A stretch of 63,229 nt of DNA, the filler included, from Octopus bimaculoides (Eukaryota): assembly GCF_001194135.2 (NCBI RefSeq). It is 5 parts of 5 records of this genome, joined end to end, with 100 filler letters (N's around TTAATTAATTAA, not from the genome) between each part and the next. Parts side by side here need not be neighbours in the genome. Positions count along the whole stretch, not along the records: positions 28,745 to 36,494 come from NC_068983.1; positions 36,595 to 48,320 come from NC_069004.1; 3 more parts are not named here. One strand, given 5' to 3'. Below, piece after piece: positions 35,313 to 46,848 of this stretch. A program made the position numbers and the translations under genes. The stretch's first letter is position 1, and the number at the start of each line of letters is the position of its first letter. Under the pieces are notes generated by a model. It saw nothing but the letters and a program-made list of their open reading frames with translations, was not told the origin of the DNA and searched no databases.

Positions 35313-36195
35313 TGTGTGTATGTGTGTGTGTGTATACATACATATATATATATATATTTATATATATATATATATATATGCATGTGTATATGTATGCGCA
35401 TGTGTGTTTAATTGTATCTTTCTTTTGACATCACATGATAATTATAAACAAATGCCACTGTCATACAAGTGGTTCCCCTCATTTCCATGAAAACATATCC
35501 AACCATAAGGAAATATTACCTTGCTTGGAAACAGGTGGGAGATGGTGACAAGAAGATTAGCTGACCATAGAAAATCTGCCTCATTGAATTCTGTCTAACC
35601 CATGCATGTATAGAAAGGGGGAAGAAAAACGAGCGACAGTGATTTATAATGTATAAAAAATCATGAAAGAAGAAATAATTTAAGTAATTGTGTTTACATA
35701 ATAACAAAATAATTTAAGGTTATAGATAGTTATTATTTTATGGTATGACAGCAGGTGTATGATTTTTAATCATTTAGTTTCTAAATGTGTAAAACTTTAA
35801 TGATTCATTAAGACAGGTCAGTACAGGATAATAAGATTTGCCCCTTATTTCATATGTGAAGTAAGTTTAAGGCATACTAACTAATCTCTTCTCTTTAGTT
35901 GCATCATTTTAAGAAAGTCGTTCATTTATAATCCCACCGTGTGCTAGCTGTTTGCAATGGGATGTTGAATGTTGAGCTTGTGGTGTAAGATTAGCTAGCT
36001 GATGAAAGCAAAACAAGCCCTTAAGGAGAAGGGACTGATACATTTATTTTTAGTTATTATGCAGATACTTCTCACTAATCCTGAATATAATGACTTGAGA
36101 AAAAAAAAAATCAGTGGAAACACATGTGTGAAATATTTCAGAAAACTTGAGTATACACAATGATCCCCACACATATATGTGTGAATGAATATGCA

Positions 36196-36240
<45 letters not shown>

Positions 36241-36494
36241 ATATTAGGGACAAAATCCAAAATTACAGGTAAAAACTCAATTAAAATCAATTTATAAAAA
36301 ATTAAAATTAAATTGAGCTTTATAGATAAAATATATATAAAATATATAGTTTTAGGGAAAATAACCAAGTTTCAAGAACCCATCGATGAAAATCCACTAT
36401 CACATATAGAAAAATTAACAATTAAAAGCACAATAAATGAGTATAATATAAAGCAAAGTAAATATCATAAGATAAATATAATAAAATGATTACA

Positions 36495-36594
36495 NNNNNN
36501 NNNNNNNNNNNNNNNNNNNNNNNNNNNNNNNNNNNNNNTTAATTAATTAANNNNNNNNNNNNNNNNNNNNNNNNNNNNNNNNNNNNNNNNNNNN
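36495..36594. other. Synthetic scaffold-join spacer
   Basis: 44 N + TTAATTAATTAA + 44 N. Confidence 0.95.
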
Positions 36595-36724
36595 CCTCCT
36601 CCCCCTCCTTTTCCCTGGTTGTTATGTGTGTGTGTGTGTGTGTGTGTTTGACAGCTTGGGAAGTTGAAGGTTAGTTTCGTAAAACTACTCAACTTATTTC
36701 TCCCCCCCACCACCACCACTTCTC

Positions 36725-37300
36725 TATGTCATGTGACGCGAGACCAATCAAAGATTGGTTTAACGAATCACGGACAGAAAGATTAATGTTTGATTGATTG
36801 ATTGACCTACGGAATAAACGTGACAAGAAGCAATGCGACGGATCAATAATTGAGTTTAGAAAATCTTACGCTGAAAAACAAACCAATGATTAGCCTAAAA
36901 ACATCAAAACAACTGAAATAAACCCTCACGTGACTTGAGACAAATCAGCGATTGACTTACGAGGTACTCGAACGACAAGATATATACAAATGAATTTCTA
37001 GCGCCAAAAATCACGTGGAGAAATCCCGTGACTTGAGACAAATCAGCGATTGACTATGAGGTACTCACGTGACAAGAAGCAAATCGATTTTCTAACGCCG
37101 GAAGTCACGTAGAAATCACGTGGAATCTAGGTGGAAACTAAATAACTGACTTTACAATTCCGCTTGGTGGAAGTTTAAACATAGCGAAGCCTCAGAAATC
37201 ACATGGCGGCAGGCTTTTCAACGATTGGCCGAAAAGCATAACATGGCGTGATTATATTATAACAATTACGATTAAGGTCAGGATTCATGTGACCGGATGC
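36725..37300. promoter_or_regulatory. Candidate housekeeping-type promoter (E-box/CLEAR, CCAAT, ETS, E2F, YY1 motif cluster)
   Basis: GTCATGTGAC 36728, CCAAT 36744/36883 and ATTGG 36754/37224, TCACGTG at 36926, 37011, 37065 and 37116, GCGCCAAAA 37001, CCGGAAGT 37098, ACATGGCGGC 37201, AACATGGCG 37240. CpG-rich unique sequence. Confidence 0.55.
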
Positions 37301-37521
37301 AGTATTAACGGCAATCATATCAGCTGTTTTTTAAAATTTTATTTGTTTCAGTCATTTGACTGCGGTCATGCTGGAGCACCACCTTAAAGGGCTTTAGTCG
37401 AAGAAATCGACCTCTGGATTTATTCATTGTAAGCCCTGTACTTATTCTATCGGGCACTTTTTGCCGAACCGCAACGTAAACACACCAACATCAGATGTCA
37501 AGCGATGGCAGAGGGACGCGC

Positions 37522-37877
37522 AGAAATGGCTAAAATTTGTCCTCTTTATAATTATGCCATGTGTTACATACAAATTATATCATACCTTGATACTGTGTGG
37601 ACTAAGACCCCCGTTGACAGGCTGCTGGTATTTATAGTGTTAAACACTTTCGGTATGCAAATTAGGGATCTCTTCATAGAGTAACTGCTGCATTTGTTGA
37701 GTATATAAACAGTTTGACTGCTTGTTTCTCTGGAGATTGTCAAAATGACGCGGACGCTTCTGATGAGAACCCAATAAGGTTCGAAAATCGATTAAGGTTT
37801 TTCATCAATCTTTTTTTCAGTCTGAGAAGAAATGGCTAAAATTTGCCCTCTTTATATCTATACCATATGTTACATAC
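37522..37877 (+). mobile_element. Terminally redundant ~306-bp hammerhead-containing insertion (retrozyme-like / PLE pseudo-LTR-derived)
   Basis: 50-bp direct repeats at 37522-37571 and 37828-37877 (AGAAATGGCTAAAATTTG.CCTCTTTATA...GTTACATAC), hammerhead core at 37760, no ORF. Confidence 0.6.
37755..37800 (+). ncRNA. Minimal type-I hammerhead ribozyme (dimer-type, palindromic stem III)
   Basis: GCTT-CTGATGA-GAACC[CAATAA]GGTTC-GAA-AATCGATT-A^AGGT. Core intact, perfect 5-bp stem II, palindromic AATCGATT stem III, UUA triplet, 4-bp stem I with G-U pairs. Confidence 0.75.
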
Positions 37878-37918
37878 ATACATACATACATGCATACATA
37901 CATACATACATGCATACA

Positions 37919-37950
<32 letters not shown>

Positions 37951-39396
37951 CGACGGGCTTTCAGTTTCCATCTACCAAATCCACTCACATAGCTTTGCTC
38001 GGCCCGTGGCTGTAGTAGAAGACACTTGTCAAAGGTGCCACGCAGTGAGACTGAACCCGGAACCATGTGGGTGGGAAGCAAGCTTCCTAACCACACAGCC
38101 ACGCCTGCACTTAGTTATTCATATTACATTGAATTTATCACACATGTTGTAGCCTTGAGAATTCGCTGATGTGACTTTATTTTCAGAATGACATTACAGG
38201 GTACGTGTGAGAGGCCAGATTAGGCCAGTTGAAACGTAAATCTAGTTGAATAGGTGAGAGAACATCATTGCCGAAACTATTGGTATAATAATAATAATAA
38301 TAATGATAATAAAAATAATAATAATTAATGGTAATAATAATAATAAAGGAGAAGAAAAAGAGTATAAATTAAGATATAAATATAAAAGAAATAAAAATAT
38401 GTGCAACAAACATAAAGAAAAATTAAATTGAAATAACATATATATATATATAAACATATATATATGTGTGTGTGTGAGTAAGTATATATGTATATGTATG
38501 TTATATAGCTCATATATGAATATATATGTATATATGTATGAATGTATACACAAACGCATATGTGTGTGTGTGTATGTGTGTGTGTGTGTATACGTATAGC
38601 TATTTAAAAATGCATACATGCAATACACAGAGAAACGTTACCCCACCGCACTTAGAGAACGGTTTCTTTCCGTTACAGACACACTAACAGCAAAATAAAT
38701 AAATAAATATATAATAGATTACAATACAAAATTTATTAAAATAAAATTTTAAAATATTCCTAAATAAAATAAAACGAATCCGAAAAGAGAAAACAAAAAA
38801 AAAAACAATGAAATTCTTTAAGAACCGGGGGAAAAAACACAAAAAAAATCTAGATAGCTTTATAAAACTATAAAAGAAGACGTAGTTGTCATGATGACAA
38901 TGATGATGATGATGNNNNNNNNNNNNNNNNNNNNNNNNNNNNNNNNNNNNNNNNNNNNNNNNNNNNNNNNNNNNNNNNNNNNNNNNNNNNNNNNNNNNNN
39001 NNNNNNNNNNNNNNNNNNNNNNNNNNNNNNNNNNNNNNNNNNNNNNNNNNNNNNNNNNNNNNNNNNNNNNNNNNNNNNNNNNNNNNNNNNNNNNNNNNNN
39101 NNNNNNNNNNNNNNNNNNNNNNNNNNNNNNNNNNNNNNNNNNNNNNNNNNNNNNNNNNNNNNNNNNNNNNNNNNNNNNNNNNNNNNNNNNNNNNNNNNNN
39201 NNNNNNNNNNNNNNNNNNNNNNNNNNNNNNNNNNNNNNNNNNNNNNNNNNNNNNNNNNNNNNNNNNNNNNNNNNNNNNNNNNNNNNNNNNNNNNNNNNNN
39301 NNNNNNNNNNNNNNNNNNNNNNNNNNNNNNNNNNNNNNNNNNNNNNNNNNNNNNNNNNNNNNNNNNNNNNNNNNNNNNNNNNNNNNNNNNNNNNNN

Positions 39397-39435
<39 letters not shown>

Positions 39436-40139
39436 TACATGCATATATTTGTACGTATATAAATATTCATGCATAAACATGTGTGTGTAGATTTGTACAT
39501 ATATACACATACAAGTTTATATATGATGCATAAAAATATATACCATGTATATATATACATACATATATGTGTGTGTTTGTATGTGTATATATATATAGTT
39601 GTCTGTGCTTCTATATGTATATATAATATATACATATATATACTTGCGCAGCCATACACATGCATACACACACACACATACCCCTATGTTTGTATGCCGC
39701 ATATACACAAGTGAGTGCTTGTATATAATTATGGGCGTTGTTTGTTTCGCTTCCAAAATTCAAAGGAACTTGTTCCATTTTTAATGCTTTTCTATTCTTC
39801 AAATTTATTAGGGTCGTGATGTACTTGTAGGAAGGTGAAGGTTACCGTCTGCCGTGTTACACAATAACTCTGCTTTCCCGAGTTCAAATCCTGCTCGGGC
39901 CAACCCTTGCGGTTCTTCGTCTTTGTTCATGATCAACAAATAGGGGACGATAGAATCTTCGCTGCTGTGGGCCCGCCCACAGGTTTGATGTTAACGAATT
40001 TATCGTTAATTCCAATTCGAAGGCGCCTGATCCTAACAAACAAGGCAGGTGAGCGTGTTCTCTTCAGGAAAAGAAAGAAATAATAAAGAAAATATGACAA
40101 TAGAAACTCCGAGAAGTTGTGGGCCGCGAGTCTCCCATT

Positions 40140-40435
40140 TTTTTTCTTTCTTTTCTACTCTAGGCACAAGGCCCGAAATTTGGGGGGCGGAGGCCAGTCG
40201 TTTAGATCGATCCCAGTACGCAACTGGTACTTAATTTATCGACCCCGTAAGGACAAAAGGCAAAGTCAACCTCGGCGGAATTTGAACTCAGAACGTAAAG
40301 ACAGACATATATATATACATAGCCCGAAACTATACCAGAGGACGTTTGCTCAAAGTGCCACGTAGTGGGACTGAACCTGGAACCATGTGGCTGGACAGCA
40401 AACTTCTTCTCACACACAGCCACGCCTGCGCCTGT
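40140..40435 (-). mobile_element. SINE type A (40140-40300) followed by SINE type B head (40310-40435)
   Basis: Direct matches to both families. Confidence 0.82.
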
Positions 40436-40849
40436 ACCCTGTATTTTTATAAATATTTCAACCAGTTTCTCGTACGAAAGCTTACGAAACTTACAGTCTA
40501 ATACCACATATAAAATATATAACTGGCACAGCTATTGTGTTGATGGCATAAATATATTCTTAGTATTTTGACGAGATTTTTTTAAATTCTTTCACTGTTT
40601 TTAATATAAACATTTTTACACTCTCTCAAATTATATTCATTTGTCGTTTTCCACCAGACAGCTACTTTCGCACACGTACACACAACCGTGTCCAAATATT
40701 TGTCGAAAGTGGAACCGTCTTGCTTCTGTGTTATATCAACTCCACCCTCCACCCTTGCCAAGAGTTCCAAATCATTCGCTCCACTGGGCAGTCTGCCTCG
40801 TTTTATTGTCAATGGTTTTGCATACCGCCGGTCCAAAAGACATTATCAG

Positions 40850-41020
40850 CATCATTATTATTATTATTATTATCATTATTATTATTATTATTATTATCAT
40901 CATTATTATTGTCATTGTTATTATCATTGTATTTATAAGAATATTAATTATCATAAAAATGATAATAAAGAATTATTATTATTACTGTTATTATTGTTGT
41001 TTTCGTTATCTACTACTACT

Positions 41021-41081
<61 letters not shown>

Positions 41082-41184
41082 AATAACAATGGCAGTTATT
41101 ATTGTTGCTGTTGTGATTTATTATTAATATTATCATTATTATTATTATTATTTGTGTTATTAATGTTATCATTAATGCAATCTT

Positions 41185-41217
<33 letters not shown>

Positions 41218-41400
41218 GACTACTACGAGTATCGTTGTTGTTTTGGGAGTGGAGGTGGTGATGGCATTATCATTATTATTGTTGATGCTGTAGTAGTGTT
41301 GATTATTATTATTATTATTATTATTGTCTATATTATTATTGTTATTATGACTATAAACGTTACTACTACTACTGCTCCTACTACTCTTGTTGTTGTTGTT
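40850..41400. repeat. Compound trinucleotide microsatellite field (ATT, CTA, GTT)
   Basis: Seen directly. Confidence 0.95.
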
Positions 41401-41581
41401 GTTTCCCGAGCGCCCCTCCACTCCTCCTCCTCTCTCCCACACCGGTGCCATCATGCAGAGGTTCCGATTGACTAAATCCTCTTCTCTTCTAATTGAGATC
41501 GATAAATATCAATTGATGTAGAACGCAAAACACAATAAACAAGCAAACAAACAATACACACACACACATATGCATGCATAG

Positions 41582-41640
<59 letters not shown>

Positions 41641-41872
41641 TATATCTTTTCATACATTTTTACGTGTGGATTTACGCATGTGTCTGTGTGTATATATATA
41701 TGAAGACATGTATCTGTTGGAAAGGACAGAGGATTCCTCATGCATATATGTATATGTAAAGATATATATATGTGTGCATATGTATGTATACACATACACA
41801 GACACGCACACACACACATACATATAGGTATATATAATTCTTTGTACATGTATATATATTCATGTATATATA

Positions 41873-41925
<53 letters not shown>

Positions 41926-41954
41926 TAATATATATATATATTATATACATACAG

Positions 41955-42134
41955 ATGCATATATGGGTACAGGACGTCACCAGCAGTAAACAACATGAAA
42001 TACGAAAGAAAATGAGTTCAATACGCAAACAGCGAGAGAAACAAATGGAAAACAGGTCAAGTAACATAAAGAACGGCCCTTCATCAGTTGTCAGCTGTCT
42101 ATCTACTCTCCATTTCGAGCAGCTTGTTTTCACG
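41955..42134 (+). CDS. Possible internal coding exon of an unidentified gene
   Basis: 180-nt open frame (…DVTSSKQHEIRKKMSSIRKQREKQMENRSS…FEQLVFT) ending at a consensus donor ACG|GTAAGT (42135). AG acceptors at 41953-54 or 41971-72 lack a pyrimidine tract. No recognisable domain. Confidence 0.25.
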
Positions 42135-42142
42135 GTAAGTCT

Positions 42143-42965
42143 CTTATTCGTTTACTTGTTCCAGTCATTTGTCTGCGGCCATGCTGGAGCACTGCTTTAG
42201 AGAGATTTTCAGTCGTACAAATCGACCTCGGGGCTCATTCTTTGTAAGCCTAGTACTTATTCTATCAGTCTTTTTTCGACGAACAGCTAGTTTACGGGGA
42301 CGTAAACACACCAGCATCGGTTGTCAGACACAAAGACACACACACTCACACACACATATACACATATTTATATATATATATATGAGGGGCTTCTTTCAGT
42401 TTCCGTCTACCAAATGCATTCACAAGTCATTGATCTGTCTGAAGGTATTGCAGAAGACACTTTCCCAAGGTGCTACGCACAAAATAATTGCACATTAAAT
42501 TAAAGACTTGTTCTGTTAGATTACATGGTGTCCTCCATTGTAGTTGTAAAATATCACAACGACGTATGCACTATCTTTTATCTTTCACTTGCTTCAACCA
42601 CCGGACACTGGTCAAGCTGGAGCATCACTTTGGAGGGTCTTCATCGAACACTCCCACCCAGTTAGTAATTTTTTTTCTTCTTTTGAAGTCTGGGATTTAT
42701 GTCAGGGATGCTTACACAATTACGTGGGTGTCTTCTGCTAAAGCCCTGGACTGACCAAAGCCTTGCTAGTGAATTTGGTAGACGGAAACTGAAAGAAGCC
42801 TGTCATATAACTATATATATGAATGTGCGTTATTACGTCTGTGTACCCTTCAGCTCGACAACCAGTGTTGGTTTGTATGCAAAAAAAATGGATACAGGGG
42901 GGGGGGATTTCTTCGACTAAAACGCTTCAAGGTGGCGCCCCAACATGGCCGCAGTGAAATAACCG
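42143..42965. mobile_element. Cluster of SINE type B pieces (minus 42143-42480 and ~42580-42700; plus ~42725-42965)
   Basis: Family B blocks in both orientations. Confidence 0.75.
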
Positions 42966-43329
42966 AAAGGGGGAAAAAAAAGATATCCCCATAAATATTA
43001 TCTTCGAATTTTTGTTATATTTTTTATATTATATTTTGTTCTTTCTCTTCAAATGTTTACGATTTGTTAAATGTGATGATGGGAAGGGAGATAATCATGG
43101 TTATTCGTATCTTAACCGTTGTTCTTGTCCGTTTTTGGTATTGTGTATGAAATGCCATGTGATTTTTCGTATGTTTTGTTAATATACAATTGTTTGTTGG
43201 GGATATTTTGGGTCGCATGTTCCCACCCTGTTCTTAGGGGTCACAGATTTTGCGCTTTATACAGGCTAGGTCGATATTGTTGCTTTCGCGTGGTGTGCGC
43301 ATGTGTACGAAAAAATATTTCTATAACAC

Positions 43330-43351
43330 AGAAGCAGTAGCAGCAGCAGCT

Positions 43352-43384
<33 letters not shown>

Positions 43385-44300
43385 ATTATTGATGTGCAGT
43401 ACTGAACTCATTTACAACCATATCAAAGGTGGTGATGGTAGTGGTGGTGGGGGATGATGGTGATGGTGATGAGACGGTGGTGGTGATGATGGTGAAGATG
43501 GAGGTGGTGGTAGTGGTGGAGGTGATGATGATGATGATGATAGTTGTGGTGGTGGTGGTTGTTGTGGTAGTGGTGATGATGATGGTAGTGGTGGTGGCGG
43601 TGGTGGTGATTGTGGTGGTGGTGGGGATGATGACGACGACGACGACGGTGGTGGTGGCAGGGTGAAGGTTGAGGGTGTTTGTGGCGACGGTGCGCGGNNN
43701 NNNNNNNNNNNNNNNNNNNNNNNNNNNNNNNNNNNNNNNNNNNNNNNNNNNNNNNNNNNNNNNNNNNNNNNNNNNNNNNNNNNNNNNNNNNNNNNNNNNN
43801 NNNNNNNNNNNNNNNNNNNNNNNNNNNNNNNNNNNNNNNNNNNNNNNNNNNNNNNNNNNNNNNNNNNNNNNNNNNNNNNNNNNNNNNNNNNNNNNNNNNN
43901 NNNNNNNNNNNNNNNNNNNNNNNNNNNNNNNNNNNNNNNNNNNNNNNNNNNNNNNNNNNNNNNNNNNNNNNNNNNNNNNNNNNNNNNNNNNNNNNNNNNN
44001 NNNNNNNNNNNNNNNNNNNNNNNNNNNNNNNNNNNNNNNNNNNNNNNNNNNNNNNNNNNNNNNNNNNNNNNNNNNNNNNNNNNNNNNNNNNNNNNNNNNN
44101 NNNNNNNNNNNNNNNNNNNNNNNNNNNNNNNNNNNNNNNNATTGCAGGAGATGAGGAGAGGATAGAAGAAAAAGTGAGGACGTGAAGAAGAAGAAGAAGA
44201 AGAAGAAGAAGGAGGGGGAAGAGAAGGAGAAGGAGGAGAAGAAGAAAAGAGAGGGAGGGGGAGAGTAAAAAAGAACAGAGGAGGAGAAGGAAGCAGCAGA
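43330..44300. repeat. Compound (TAG)/(GGT)/(GAT)/(GAA) low-complexity field with internal gap
   Basis: Seen directly. Confidence 0.9.
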
Positions 44301-45279
44301 AGAAGAAAAAGATAAGTAGGCAAGCATGCAATCAGACAATCAGACAAGCAGACAATCAGACAGGTAGGGCAATGGACTGACAAGCAGACAAGTTGGCATG
44401 TGTGTATGTGTGTATGTATGTATTTTTGTGTATATGTTTGTTTGTGTAAGTATGAGTATGTGTATCAATGTCTGCCAAGAAATGTGCTTAAAGAATTCCA
44501 TTTCTAATTTGTGTCTTCATGCACCAAATTGCTTCGATTTGCACTGAATGAAATTTAAACAACAACAATTCCTTCTTTTGGCACAAAAGTGATAAAAACG
44601 TGTACGGTCAACTTCTGTGCCAAACTTTTTAGCTGTGCAATTCTAGTATTTCTGAGTCCCACCTGTCTCCTCACCTCGTCGCCACACTTAGAAACCGAAA
44701 AAACCCTCCATCTATCTTGCCCTATTTGATGAAGCACAATCTACCACACATCGGTCAGACACCCTCTGATTTCTTTCGTGAAAATAAACAAGCAAATAAA
44801 ACGAAAACCAGATACATGTCACTTTCCTCCTCATCTTTGGTCGAGCAAGGATGCACTGGCTTTTGTAATATACTCCATCCAGATCTCCATTTCTTTACTC
44901 TAAGTCAATCGCGTTACTTCTTTTCTTTGATAAAATTAGCGAATGGTGGGATATTGTTGTTAATGTTGTTCTTCGTACGGTTTATTTTTTATTCATTGAA
45001 TTAAACCTTCTAATCCCATCCTATTTTTATGTGCTTTTTACTGTATAAGCGTCGGTGACGATGTTTGGAGATCCATCTCTGTGATAGATCGTTCTTTGCT
45101 TATGTTACTGCTAATTCCACAGTGGTAGGTCTCTTGCCCATTCGTAGCAGCCATCTGGCAACGCGAATAAATATTTCAAATAAGATTTATAATCCATCCC
45201 TCCCTCTATCTATCTATTCACGTATCTATCTATCTGTTAGCTACCTAGATAGATAGATAGAACGTCGGGCTCACAACAA

Positions 45280-45701
45280 CAACAAAAATGACAACAACAA
45301 CAACAACAATAATGCTACTGATGTTGATGATAATAATATTTTAGGATAATGATGACGACAATACTAATTATAATAATTTGGATGATGATGACGATAATAA
45401 TAATAATGGTAATAATAATAAAAATGATGACAGTAATAAGACTAATATGGATAATGATGACGACGACGATGATGATGATAATGTTGATGATGATAATGAT
45501 GATGTTCATGATGATGATGATGATAATGATAATAATAACAACAACAATGGTGGTGTTTAATAATTATTAAGAGAATGGGTTTTAAAAATAAGGAAGATAA
45601 GGTTTTTTTTTTTTTTTTCAGCCCCGAAGGAATTTCAGGAAAATGGGATTTAGTTCAACTTATCAGGCGGAGCAGTGCGTGTGGGGGGATGTCTGTTTTC
45701 T

Positions 45702-45736
<35 letters not shown>

Positions 45737-46016
45737 GTTGCTGCTGCTGCTGCTACAGTAGTGCAGTTGTTCTTAGAAGAATGTTTGGGCTGCGTTAAGT
45801 AGGGTGGGGATAGGGATAGGGGCAGGAGGGAGGCACCACTGTTTTTCCGTGATTACAAAAAAACGTTTCAAGAAATATTGATTTTTTTTTCTTTTGCTTT
45901 CCTTTTTTTTATTTACCAAAATAACATTGCACCAATGGCACGACCATTCCGTTATTGGATCCTTTCTTCATCCTTTCTCTCTCTGACTTTCTCTCTCTGA
46001 CTTTCTCTCTCTCTGA

Positions 46017-46066
<50 letters not shown>

Positions 46067-46253
46067 TTACCTGTCAGTTTGTCTGTCTATCTATCTATCT
46101 ATCTATCTATCTATCCATCCATCCATACGCCCGTCCGTCCGTCCGTCCGCCTGCCAGCCTGTGTCTGCCTGCCTGCCTGTCTGTCTATCTGTCTGTCCGT
46201 CCGTCTGTTTGTCTGTCCGTCTGTCTGTCCGTTTATCTATCTATCTATTTATC

Positions 46254-46297
<44 letters not shown>

Positions 46298-46337
46298 GAC
46301 CAATCTATCTACCTGTCTGTCTGTCTGTCTGTCTCTC

Positions 46338-46376
<39 letters not shown>

Positions 46377-46380
46377 GGAT
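45280..46380. repeat. Microsatellite fields: (ACA)/(GAT)/(AAT) 45280-45560, (CTA)/(GCT) 45700-45755, (CT)/(ATCT)/(GTCT)/(GATA) 45960-46380
   Basis: Seen directly. Confidence 0.9.
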
Positions 46381-46802
46381 AGATAAACATCTTTCCAATT
46401 CAATGCTTTGAAACATGTTACTTCTTGTTACTTTCGCTTCTTTTGTTTTTTATTTCTGTTTTCTATTTTTACGAATATGTTTATTTGTTCATTTTTTATG
46501 GTTATTTCGTTTCTGTTTTTCTTATTGCTGAGACATGAAATTGTTAATATTTGTTGCTGTTTTGTAAGAATGATTTGTTTAAAAGGAAATCTTTGGAGAA
46601 AGGTGCTGAATTGAGCGTTTGGTGAAGCATAGAAGACATACATACATATACATACATACATGCATGCATATGTACATACATGCATATATACATTCATACA
46701 TACATACACACACATACCTACACGTATACATACATGCGTGCATCTATCGATATGAATAAGAATCTATTTCTCTGTCTGTCTCTCTACCTCTCTCTCTCTC
46801 TC

Positions 46803-46848
<46 letters not shown>

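Larger units (their letters stand above)
37335..38110 (-). mobile_element. SINE type B interrupted by a 356-bp insertion
   Basis: 3' half at 37335-37520 and head at ~37950-38110, with the foreign unit 37522-37877 in its internal microsatellite zone. Confidence 0.82.
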
